From the NCBI RefSeq assembly GCF_026210795.1, contig NC_089433.1, forward strand, positions 124,001-188,000: a stretch of 64,000 nt of DNA, given 5' to 3'. The notes below the pieces were generated by a model that made no database searches, was not told the DNA's origin, and saw only the letters and a program-made list of their open reading frames with translations. Each line of letters opens with the position of its first letter. The stretch's first letter is position 1. Source of the stretch: Rhizophagus irregularis. Taxonomy: Eukaryota. The position numbers and the translations under genes are program-made. Of the stretch, positions 25,016-37,388 are shown piece after piece.

Positions 25016-28000
25016 CACTAGTCGAATGATGGAATATCGGTAATAAATCAGTTACCTGATAATCATCTGATAATCCACATATCGTATTCTGATATTTCCA
25101 GATTAGTAATTCTGATATGGTACCGATTAATGGAAGAGATAGTTATATTTAAATTACATATAAGTTACATATCGATTTATAAATATTATGAAAATATCAC
25201 ATAAATATCATACTCATATTGGTATCCATATACCTCAATAATACCTGTATGATACTTGTATGATCATTATATGTATTATATACTGATAGATCAATAATTT
25301 TATTCTGAAATTTGTATAAATTGTATTTATTATATTTATTGCAATATTCTATCTAATGCTATCTATCGTATAATCTAATGTCCTATTTAATGTCCTATCT
25401 ATCGTATAATTTAATGTCTAAAATTTGAAATTTAAAATCTACAAAAAGAAAAAGAGATGATTAGTATTAATTTAAAGAAATTAAAGTTTTGGGAATAATT
25501 TTGAACTTACCGAAATTTTATTATACATCCAGAACTAATCACCTAAAAAAAAGAAAAAAAAATAAAACGTAAGTTAAGTTTCATTAAAAAGATTCAAAAG
25601 AAGCCTGTTGAAAACTCACCAAAATTTCATGCCTAGGATGAATATCTTGAAGTTTTGGAACTCACCCGATCTAAAGCCTGGAAACTAAAGCCAATATTTA
25701 CAAATAATTTAATAAATTTTTTTAAAAAAAATAAAGTTTTGTAAAACTTCTGAAACTCACCAATCTAATACCCCAAGGATCAAAGCCGATATCTACAAAT
25801 AAAAGAAAAAAATATTAATTAAATTTTTTAAAAAAATTGAAGTTTCAAAGTAAAACGAAACTTCAAAATCCACCTATCCAACATCTAAGAATTCAAAACT
25901 GATATTTATAAAATAAAAGAAAAAAATATTAAATTAATTTTAAAGAAAAAGATAAAGTTTCGTAAAATTTCAAAACTCATCAATCCAAAGAATCAAGGCC
26001 GATATCTACAAATAAAAAAAAAATATTAATTAAATTTTTAAAAAAAATTAAAAACAAAACTTCAAAACTTATCTACCCAAAGAATCGAAGCCAATATCTA
26101 CAAATAAGAGAAAAAATGTTAAATAAATTTAAAAAAATAAAGAAGTGAAACTTCACTTCATAACTCACCTATCCAAAGCCCTTATATATGCCTATACGAA
26201 AAAAATAATTTTTTCTTAACTTACCAGTCCGAAATAGCGTCTAAAAAAGGTTCAGAACCTGCAAAAAAAATAAGAAAGAAAGTTAGTATACGTTTATATG
26301 CCTTCTATTTAAAAAAAATTTTTTTCTTAACTTACCAGTCCAAAATGGCGTTTAAAAAAGGTCTGGAATATACAAAAAAAAAATAAAAAAGAAGGTTAGT
26401 ATACGCCTATACGCCTTCTATTTAAAAAAATAATTTTTTCTTAACTTACCAGTTCAAAATGGCGTCTAAAAAAGGTTCAGAACCTGCAAAAAAAATAAGA
26501 AAGAAGGTTAGTATACACCTATATACCATCTATTTAAAAAAAAATTTTTTCTTAACTTACCAGTCTAAAATGGCGTTTAAAAAAGGTCTGGAATATACAA
26601 AAAAAAAAAAAAAGGTTAGTATACGCCTATACGCCTTCTATTTAAAAAAATAATTTTTTCTTAACTTACCAGTCTGAAATGGCGTCTAAAAAGGGTTCAG
26701 AACCTACAAAAAAAATAAGAAAGAAGGTTAGTATACGCCTATATGCCTTCTATTTAAAAAAAAATTTTTTCTTAACTTACCAGTCCAAAATGGCGTTTAA
26801 AAAAGGTCTGGAATATACAAAAAAAAAATAAAAAAGAAGGTTAGTATATACCTATATGCCTTCTATTTAAAAAAATAATTTTTTCTTAACTTACCAGTCT
26901 GAAATGGCATCTAAAAAAAGTCCAGAACCTACAAAAAAAAAATAAAAAAGAAGGTTAGTATACATCTATACGCCTTCTATTTAAATAAAATAATTTTTTA
27001 TTTAACTTACAGTCCAAATGGCATCTAAAAAAGGTCCAGAACCTACAAAAAAAAATAAGAAAGAAGGTTAGTATACGCCTATACGCCTTCTATTTAAAAA
27101 AAAAATTTTTTAAATTTACAGTCTGAAATGATGTCTAAAGAAGGTCTAGAACCTATAAAAGAAGAAAGTAGAAGGTTAGTAGCACCTATACGCCTTCTAT
27201 TTAAAAAAAAAATTTTTTAAACTTACCGGTCTGAATGGCGTTCAAAAAAGGTCTGGAACCTACAAAAAGAAAAAGTAGAAGGTTAGTATATGCCTATACA
27301 CCTTCTATTTAAAAAAAAAAATTTTTTTAAAACTTACAGCGTATAAAAAAAGTCCAGAATCTACAAAAAGAAGAAAGTAAAAGGTTAGTATGCCTATACA
27401 CCTTCTATTTAAAAAAAAAATTTTAAAACTTACCAGTCTGAATGGCATTTAAAAGAGGACCAGAAGCACTCCGGAAGTTATAAAAAAAGAATAAAGAAAA
27501 GGTTCTATTTATTAATATATATATATACATATATTTAACTTACTGGTCTGAACCTAAAAAAAAAGAGGGAAGGAGTATGCATGTGACTCCATCACTCCAT
27601 AAAAAAAAATTTCTGAAGTTACTGGAAATAAAGTTAGTTTATTATTATTATAAGCCGATCATTATTATATAGAAAATACTAAATTTAATATCAGCATAGT
27701 ATATTATATGATATACATATTTCCGATCAGTTCCTAATTAATTTACTGATCGTTGATAATCTTTTTTTTAAAAAAAATTATTTACCTGTACTTCTTTTTT
27801 TTTGTAGGACATCAGAATATTTTTTTTTATAGGACAACTTTTTGGATTTCTTCTTTTTGTAAGATGTCAAATACTGGACTTGAATAAACTGTACAAGTAA
27901 ATAAAGTGAGTGTTATATGTGCATGTAAAAATAAAGCTCAATTCATTAAAGAAACAATACTAATGTTTCTTTTTCTAATTTTTTAGGATGCTGAGCTTCT

Positions 28001-28820
28001 TAGATTTCTTGTCTTTTGTAGGGATGTGAACCAGACAGGTGAATGGGATGGACGCATAGGAATAAAAAATATATTTATATTCCTTGGACTTCTTGGGTGA
28101 ACCTGAACTTGAATTTTAAGTATGTAAGTTAGAGGGAACTGAAGGGAAGGTTTTTTTTTATTAATATATTATATATTACTAACATTTACTCTAATTTTTT
28201 TTCTTTAGTCTACCAAACATTCTTGGTTGAACCCAGACTTGAAGATAGTATGGGTGGGAGTTTTACTTAATTGCTTTAAAGAAATGAATGTATTAATATT
28301 TCTTTTTTTACTTTGGGATGTGAACTTTAACGTATATCATTGATTAAGTCCTTTATCAATAAAAAATCAGTTTATTACATACAATAAAATAAAAATATTA
28401 CAATAAATAATTTTACAATAAATTTCAACTACATATAGATTTATTGGTAACCGTTTGAAATTAAAAAAATTATTATACAGTAAAAAGATTGGAATGCTAA
28501 AACTATGGCAAAACTCTAAAATTTTAACACTTCAAATACGATTATCTTAAAAAATTATTTGTACAATAATATAAATATCATATAAATATTATATTATTAT
28601 CATATAAAAATCAATAATTTATCAGATATCCAATAAGAACCAGATAACTTATTGATATGAGTTTAAAAAAATTATTTATAATCATGTGAATATCACTGGC
28701 CTATCGGTTACTAATATATGTTCAATTTTTAAAATGATCTGCTAGTGGCATATCGGTTTATGATATTTTTCTGATTTTATCTGATATGTCACAACTCGAT
28801 ACCTCATCATTCGACCAGTA
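25016..28820. mobile_element. Non-autonomous CACTA element, 3805 bp, with two divergent intron/micro-exon arrays
   Basis: CACTAGTCGAATGATG ... CATCATTCGACCAGT(A); 3-bp TSD GTA; removal restores KHFDV|YKDLGQ in the hAT frame; no transposase inside. Confidence 0.92.
25430..27560 (-). repeat. Tandem array of ~20 intron + micro-exon units (~110-120 bp); homogeneous part 26210-27440
   Basis: Plus strand shows recurring ACTTAC/ACTCAC (donor), CTAC/CTGC/CTAA + poly-A (acceptor, polyY) and GTTAGT/ATTAAT (branch); example exon 26225-26258, intron 26259-26335. Confidence 0.9.
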
Positions 28821-29427
28821 GTATATAAAGACTTAGGTCAAGTTAAATCTAATGTAAAACCCTGGACAGTTGATATACAACAAGAAAAGCATAATCTTTT
28901 TGTTAATTGGATTATCACAGACTAGCAATCATTTACCATTGTTGAAAATCAAAGTTTTAAAAAATTTATAGCATCTATTCAACCAAAATACAAAATTCCA
29001 TCTCAACACACAATAAAAGATATGATAATGAAAAAGTTTGAAAATGCACAAATTCAAATAAAAAACTACTTTCAACTTTCAACTTCCAAAATTTCGTTAA
29101 CAATGGATATGTGGATAACAATTAGTTCATTAGGTATTTTGGCAGTAACAATTCATTTTATAAAAGATAATTGGCAGTTTGATCACTTTGTATCAGATGT
29201 ATTGTATATTCCTTTATCATACACAGCTTTAGCAATTAAAGATTCTATTATCAAAATTGTTTCAGAATTAAATATTGCAGATCGATTAATTGGAATTACT
29301 AGTGACAATGAAGCAAAGATGTTAGTTCTGACTTGACTGATTAAAGAAGATCTTAATTTATCAGAATTTCGCCACTATCGCTGTGCAGCACATATTTTAA
29401 ACCTTGCTGTTGAAGCAGCATTTAATA

Positions 29428-29675
29428 TAAGGTTGCTTGTCTAAACCTCTTCAAAATCCTACGATTAGTTTCGTTAAAATTTTACTATAGATAGATTTAT
29501 TATAGTTTCGGCAGAGTTTTGGCAGTTTCGGCATTTATAATGAGTTTCGGCAGTTTCACCTTTCTCCAAAGTTTTGCCAGTTTTTTAATATAACTTTAAC
29601 ATAGTTTTGGCAGAATTTCGCTTTTTGGCAAAACGCCATCTTGCCTAAACCCCTAGGTTTTGGCAAACAACCTTA
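29428..29675 (+). mobile_element. hAT-type MITE (TAAGGTTGC family), 248 bp
   Basis: Near-identical to 21776-22019; perfect 8-bp TSD ATTTAATA; inserted just after the CxxH motif of the transposase. Confidence 0.95.
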
Positions 29676-30010
29676 ATTTAATACAAATATAGTTCCTAAT
29701 TGTGCCAAAAAGTTGCGTATATTTATTAGTACAGTAAAAAATTCACCTAAACAAATGGATAAGTTAAAGGAGTTTTTTCAAGTTGAAAAAATTAAATTTA
29801 AAGTACTACTTCTAGATTGTACTATAAGATGAAACTATACATTCTATATGATAGATCGAGCATTAGAAATTAAACCTCTTTTGGCTTATTTAGTATCAAA
29901 TCTTACATCATTATCAAATAATTGGCCAAATGAAGAAGAATGGAATATACTTACTATTTTAGCAGACTTATTGGCTCCTTTTGCATCAGTAATAAGAGTG
30001 ATATCTGCTT

Positions 30011-30166
30011 TATACATGCCACCCAAATTATTTTGGACTGCCGTAATTATAAGTAAAATCCCAAATTCAATTATGGCATCCCAAATTATTTTGGCACTTT
30101 ACATAGTAAATTATATATAAACTGAATGAATTATGGCATCCCAAAATAATTTGGGCAGCATGTATA
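30011..30166. mobile_element. Small MITE, 156 bp, 8-bp TSD (hAT-like)
   Basis: TIRs TATACATGCCACCCAAATTATTTTGG / TATACATGCTGCCCAAATTATTTTGG; perfect TSD ATCTGCTT. Confidence 0.92.
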
Positions 30167-33100
30167 ATCTGCTTCTAGTTATCCAACTATTGGTGAAGTT
30201 AAATTACTTTTTGAAGGTATTAGAATGCATTTAAATCAATCTCGAGGTGAAAATTTTATTTTACAAGACCAAGTAGATGAAATGAACCATGTTTTTACAA
30301 ATTATTTTAATGAAATAAGTGAGGCATTACATATTTCAGCCTTTTTTGATCCCCATTATAAAAAATTAGCATATGGTGATATCACTGATATGTCTCAAAA
30401 TAATATTTTTGAACCAATTCGTAGAGTAATTGCCAATTATTAATTATCAATCTTTTTTTTTTATATTGTTTTTTGCATAATTTTTTTTTTTTTTAAAAAA
30501 AAATTTCTTCATCTCCAGAAAAACATTATAAGCAAGTTGTATATTAGATATTTGAATTCTATTTTTACCAATTTTTTTGTAGTATATTTTCTTTTTAAAT
30601 ACTTATTAAATATATTGTATTTATTTTCTAGATATTTTAATAAAAATTTACTGCTTTCTGTAAGAAGAAATATTTTAAAAAATAAATAAAGATAAAGCTA
30701 ATTAATTATAAAAAAAAAATTAAAAACAAAAAATTTATTTATTATTATACTGTATAATTTTTATTATTTAGCAATTATAATATTTATTATTTTGAAAAAA
30801 ATATATTAGTATATTAAAATATAAATTATAATGCAGCAATTCTTACTAGCATTATGCAATTTTCAAATATCTAATTCTTTAAAGGTTATACTATATTAAA
30901 ATTTCCTTTATATTATGTATAGTGCTGATCTGAATTAAAATCAGTGTAACCCATAATGTAACCGTTGTAAGTCTACAATCAGTATTTGTTATATCATAAA
31001 AACTATATATAATGGTAAAATTATTAATTGTGAAATGGGATATGGAAAATTTATTGATATAGACATATAATATTGGTACATAGAATATATAATATTAATA
31101 TATTTTATATATAGTTCAATTTTTTGCAATAAAGTTAATTTATATTTAAAATTGTGGTTATATTAATATGATATGAAAATACAATATTATAATATGTGTA
31201 ACATTATGAACATTTCAAAAATAATACAAATACATTTAACATTATATAAATGACGTGAAATGTTTATATCGTACAGGTAGTACAACTACAATAATAATAT
31301 TTAATATTTTTGAAATTCGGTCAAGTAACTGACACTAATAATGTTGATAGTTCGGAAGTATTCTCAATAATTATATGTGGAATGGACCAAAATTAATACT
31401 GGGAAATTTTCGAAAATCAAAAAAAATCAGATACTAACGCGTTTTAAAAGTATCACAAAATGGTTTACCTAAATTGATTGTTTCATAATAAAATAAATGA
31501 TCATGATTTTAATGATTTTGGTGATTCCACATTAAACTTTCCAATTTTGTAACGCGATTTACAATTTTTTTTTTTCAAACGACATAATTCCGAAAGTTCT
31601 CCGAAATCACCAACTAAATGAATGTAAATAATTATTACATTAAGCTTTAATAAATGAAGCAATTTTAAAAATTTTTTTATATCACTAAAACAGGGTTTCT
31701 TTTAAGAAATTTCTCAAATAAAAAAAAAAGGGGAACTAAACTTTATTTGATTAGACAGGATCAAAATGCCAAGAAATTTTTTTAATAGATCCTCCATCAG
31801 TGTTTATGATCATATTATTCTAAATTTGACAAGCTGTATACGCGTGAAAAAAATACAGTATAAAAAAAATATATATAATATATTAGATATATTATAATTG
31901 TATTCATTTATTCATTCATTCATTATAAATTAAAATTCGGAATCAAAATAACCGAATATATGAATATTTATTTAGAAGATAACTTTATATGCATAATTCA
32001 TATAAACATTTTTAAAATGGTGAAATATTTTATGTAATTTCTGGAGATTAAACTCCGTTATTCTAGAATGTGATAATAACTTTATTATTAAATGTTTGAA
32101 AAAAAAAAAATTTTTTTTTTTATTATAAACCAAAGATTTATAAAGAATAAAGATTATATAGAAGGATGATAGAGGCGCAGAAATCATAGAGAATAATATA
32201 AATAAGGAATTGTGGCGTTGATATTTTTTTGTCGTTCATGTGACGCAACTTAAGGATGAGACGCGCTACACTTGTTTTATATAATATTGATAATATACAT
32301 AATATAACGTTTTCGCGATTTGATAAAGAATAACAATTCTAATTTCCTTTTTGAATAAATTTATGAATACAATTTCATTAATGAATACTTTCAAAAAAGA
32401 TTAGTCTCAAACTTTAACTTTGTAAAAGAACAATATCAAAGAAATTTTCGTAGATAAATATTTATTTTAACATAACATAAAGTAAAAAAGTTAATATCAT
32501 GTAAAAAAAAAAAATTTTTTTTTTTATCTTTTTCTTTTAGAAGAATGATCCAATTTCTATATCGAAAAGTCAAGCATATATGTGATATTTACAAAAAGTA
32601 AAGCATAACTAACTGTTTTTTCTACGTAGAATAGAACAAAAATAATTTAATAACTGCATCAATGGAAAAAATCTTCCCGGGTTACGGCTTTATTTTAAGC
32701 ATTTAATATTCATGGAACATATTCATCGAATTAACTGAAATTCTAAAAATAATGGATTGTCAATTAATGACGATCAATGATCAGATGACTATTTTTATCC
32801 GTTGTCATGCATAACAAATTTTTCGAAAGAACATCACAAATTTTTTTTTTTAAAAAAATTGTTTCTATAAAGAAGCATTTTTGTTTTTGTCACATTTGAA
32901 TATTTTTCCCATGAAAGACTTTTTCTTCTTTTTTTTTCTATTCATTTGGAAAATCTTAAAATTCTAATCAAAGGGATTGTTTTTTTCTTTAAAGGTCATA
33001 AGACTAAATAAGGTATTGATTTATTCGGTTTCTTTTACCAGAAAATTATCGCACATGCTATTAATATGTTATAGATTATTGATATTCAAAACAAATATAA

Positions 33101-33697
33101 TTTAATTGTTTTTTCATTATTTAAAAAGTTTCAATCTTTAATATTATTTCCTTTCTCGTAATTTCAAAATATAAACACTTTCTAAATTAATTATTTCAGT
33201 TTCTGTATAGAATGGTTTCACAATAAAAAAATATGTATGACAACTTCTAAATGAAAGGGGTAATATATTACCAAATGGGGAAGTTACTGTGGAAGTTACT
33301 TAAAGTAATGATGTCTGTCACGTGATTATTATTTCTTTGTTCCATACTTTCCATTCTTAATGATAAATGAGTTAATGATGATATATGCTTACTGCAATAT
33401 GTTATTTTAAGTATAATTAATGGTCATTCTATGTACAACTTTGTATGATTTTTGGGCTGTATGATAGATTACGTATATTTTTTTTGAACAAAACCTCAGA
33501 TCAATATTTAATTACGAATTGAATTTGCCAAGAATCGGTATGATTCATCAATAGAATATGTTAAGTGACTTTCGGAAATCAAATTACGATTATCAAGCAT
33601 GCCACTTACAGCCGTCTTAGAGACGGTACTCCCTCTGTCCCCTTTACAAAAGGTCTTCAAGCACCGGACGGGTAATAAAGGATGGGGGAATGATATA

Positions 33698-34671
33698 CAC
33701 TACCCGGAAAAAAGTAAGTAAGCAACCGTAAATTACAATAATCGTTACGAAAATATCCTTCTATATGTCTTTTGTGTAATAAGTAAAGTTAATCATCTAG
33801 TTGAATTGTATTTGTTCTAAAAATTACATGAATTTTTGGTTGAAAATATTTTATGATTTATCAAATAAATCAGATTTTAAATGGAATTATTTGAGTATAA
33901 CGTAACATTAAAAAAATTTTGTTTTACCTTTTAACTTTTAGCATATTATTACGAAATATCATCAAAATCAATGAAATGATCGACAAGTTATAATCATTTG
34001 ACCGATCATTTATCGATCATTAAATTCGGCCCAATTTTTTTTATGAAAACTTATTTTGATTATTATTTCTAACTTTTTTTTATTGAAACCAGAACTCAAG
34101 CTCATAATTTGGGCGCTTTGCAGTAGAAAGGGACGAAACTACTAAAAAAAAAAATAAAAAATGAGTTAATATAAAATCTGAACAAATTATAGCATTTAGA
34201 ATATTTTTGGCATATAAAAGAAAATTTGAATTTTTTCAGTAGTTTCGTCCTTTTTTACTGCAAAGCGCCCATTTGTTCTTTAGTTAATATCTTGTAAAAA
34301 ACTAATAGGTGCAAGTCATCCTTGTTAAATGTGTGTAACTTACAGACTATTTCGCTGATTTTGAAGATACTTTGCAATAATATGCTAAAATTTCGATAAA
34401 TAGTTTATTTAAAAATGAATCGTAATAAAGCAAAATTTTTTAATGTTATATTATACCTAACTATTTGCCGTTAAAAATCTGATTTATTTAATAAATTATA
34501 AAATATTACAATCAATTTTCTTCAGAAGCTCATGTAATTTTTAGAGTAGGTGCAATTCATCAACTTTACTTATTACACAAAGGACAGGTTAATTATTAAA
34601 AAAAAAAATTTATATAAAAAGGATATTTTCATAACGATTATTGAAATTTACTGACTTTTTTCCGGGTAGTA
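33698..34671. mobile_element. Old CACTA fold-back element, ~970 bp
   Basis: CACTACCCGGAAAAAAGT ... ACTTTTTTCCGGGTAGT(A); diverged inverted arms ~33698-33960 and ~34375-34671; TA-rich flanks. Confidence 0.82.
34111..34270. mobile_element. MITE, 160 bp, 4-bp TSD (Sola-like)
   Basis: TIRs GGGCGCTTTGCAGTAGAAAGGGACGAAACTACT / AGTAGTTTCGTCCTTTTTTACTGCAAAGCGCCC; TSD ATTT on both sides. Confidence 0.88.
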
Positions 34672-36929
34672 TATATATATATTGTATATATATACGCAAC
34701 ATCAAATACACAATAAATAAATTTTTTTTTTATGGCCAAGATTAAATACTTTTTATTATTATTGTCGAAACTTGAATATTTTTTTTTATTGGAAAAATTA
34801 TTCTGTTACATGAAAATATGTGAATTTTGAAAGAAAATAATGGAAATAATTCAGAGATATTAAAGTGATATTAAGGTGGGAATTACATTAATCTTAATAA
34901 GAAACTTGATAGAATTTAATATAACAATCACAAGAAAAAATTTGACCTGTTGAATGTTGATGACATTTGCTGACATACTGTAGTATTGATTAGTTGGTTC
35001 ACGTCCAGGTCACAAAACTGGTTGCGTAACTTATATATTTGTAAAAAAAAAAGATTCTTTTCTATCTTGTCTATTTGTAATAAGTAAATTTCAATAAATT
35101 GAAAATTTTAGGCGTAAATTGAAAATGGGTCTTCCCATAACAATGGAATTGATATACGATGCCTGTTGAAATTGTTGGTACCACAAATTACTCTTTGTCT
35201 TCGAAATAAATCTAAATTCAAAGTCTATCGGATCGACGACCTCAAGTAAATTATAAATCCCACACTTTGATGGATTCTAACTTACATTGTGATCAAATTA
35301 TTACTAAAGAACTGTTAAATATACAGCACGTAAAATTGGAGAAACCTTTTATGGTGTCGAAGGGTCGAAAGAAATAGTACTCGAGAGCACCTGATATTGA
35401 TGAGTTATAAAAAATTTAGCAAACGTGATAACGTGATATAACGTAATTTTTTTTTCGTCTTTCTGCCATCTTTGTCAACAGTACCGAATACTCACACGTT
35501 GTTACCGATAAAGTCGTAATAAATTTAGTTAATGCGAGTGTACGCGATTTTTCTTTACACAATAATACAATAATATCGAATATTCCAAACCTATATTGAT
35601 TTTTTTCATTGTCATGGTAACCAAGAAAAGGTAATTTTCTGTTATATTTTTTATTTGTTTCGCTAATATCTCATTATCCTACCTTGCAGAATCTCTGAAG
35701 AAACATATTGAGAAAGTTGTCAAGGCGAACTTAGACGTGAAGTACGTGAAGTACGTGAAGTGAAAAAAGTACGTTCCGGGTCAATCGTAAAACATGTTGA
35801 ATTTCTTGATTTATCTAATATAAATTAAGCAAAATTTTGATAAATTTACTACATTATGGTAAAAAAATGAATTTTCATAAAAATTTATTATATTATGGTT
35901 TTTTTTTCCCGAGAAAAAATGTACTATTTATAAACACTAGTACACAACGTATAATATTCCTCTTTTATTAAAATATGTACTTTTTTTTTATTGTGACCTA
36001 ATCTAAAAAAATGAGTGAAATATCGGGGTCTTGTTCCATTCGTAATGAATGACTGAAGCTTATAGTACAACTTTGTACGTTTACATATTAAAATTTCCAA
36101 AGAACTTAAAAATATTATAATAATTATAGCAAAAAAAAATATCATACCTTATTAAAATCAGTGATTCAGTATTAGCATTTTCCGATTTTTTCGTGCCAAA
36201 AAAAATTTTTTTGACCACACCAAATAAACCAAATTCCAATCGGTTCAATTAAGTCAAAAATAAAAATCAGAGTCACTGACCACAGCCAGACGCCGATCTT
36301 GACATTCACACACCTTTTAAATCTGACTAATGAACAAAGTACCGTTATCATCGTCAAACATTACGTCTTTTCTGTGTCACTAGCTGTACATTCGCGAATG
36401 ATCATCCCATGATTGCTGCCTAAACCTTTTTTGACTAGTTTCGGACCTAAACCCACAACCTTTTAAGTGTCGGTATCCCAAATTATAAATTTTATTTCAA
36501 CATTTACCAATTGACATTATCTTACTAATTGACGTTAACTAATTGACATAATAAGTTTGAACATTTTTTCCCTAATAGTTTGTGTAAATACCGAAATTAT
36601 ATACAATGACCTTTGATCTGCAACAAATTATATTACCTATTGGCTATTGCTCTAACGACCCATAAAGGTCATAATATAAATTGAATTTAGACTTTAGAGT
36701 TTAAGACGAAATGACGAATAACATTTAGGGATTTACCTTACCTTTACATTTTTACAATTTTAACTGGTTTAGCAACATCTTTGGTCTAGCCTTTTAATAT
36801 TTTCTGCCATAATTTCTATAAATGCCTATTTTTGGTTTGTTTACTGGTACACCAACCAAATTATTAAATTTTCCGCTGTGATATTGAATGTATAATGCAA
36901 GTCTCTGTAGAATTATAGTATTTATAGTA

Positions 36930-37020
36930 TTTCCACTATTTGGTTTCATTTCCACTATTGGTATCATTTCCACTATTGATATTATTTCCACTATTGGAAT
37001 CATTTCCACTATTGGTATCT
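36930..37020. repeat. 18-bp minisatellite, 5 copies
   Basis: Unit approximately TTTCCACTATTGGTATCA. Confidence 0.85.
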
Positions 37021-37170
37021 AATCATTTGATATCATAAATGTTCACGATTGAATTGTTGATCTTTTGGTTAACATAACATTGTGATTTACATTCTTATGA
37101 TCAATAAAAAATGATAATCTTAAAAAATCCTGCAAAGAGATTGACAAATTTTAAGAATAAATTATATTAA

Positions 37171-37388
37171 TTAATAGTAATAAATAATAATAATAATAAT
37201 AATAGTAATAGTAGTAATAATAGTAGTAGTAATAATAGTAGTAGTAATAATAGTAGTAGTAATAATAGTAGTAGTAATAGTAGTAGTAGTAATAATAGTA
37301 GTAATAATAGTAGTAGTAATAATAATAATAATAATAGTAGTAGTAGTAGTAGTAGTAACTATTATTATTATTATTATTATTATTATTA
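37171..37388. repeat. Compound (TAA/TAG)n microsatellite switching to (TAT)n
   Basis: Directly visible; source of the spurious poly-Ile/Thr ORF 37171..37542. Confidence 0.97.

Larger units (their letters stand above)
24660..30443 (+). pseudogene. BED-finger hAT (Ac/ZBED-like) transposase pseudogene interrupted by three insertions; C-terminus truncated
   Basis: VWKHF...CHIC......STTTLERHLKAKH BED finger; after removing inserts the frame continues to SLTMDMW, GITSDNEAKM, RCAAHILNL, TIR*NYT (TRWN motif), LLAPF, SASSYPTI, AFFDPHYK; internal stops. Confidence 0.92.

Noticed and set aside
26210..27440. Repeat array read as CRISPR or as the ORF 26459..26653
   Set aside because: The whole unit is repeated with no variable spacer; the ORF is antisense to the splice signals and broken by variable A-runs
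30920..30990. TAGTGCTGATCTGAATT as a hAT end closing the second element
   Set aside because: Does not match the 24030 terminus and no TSD is seen
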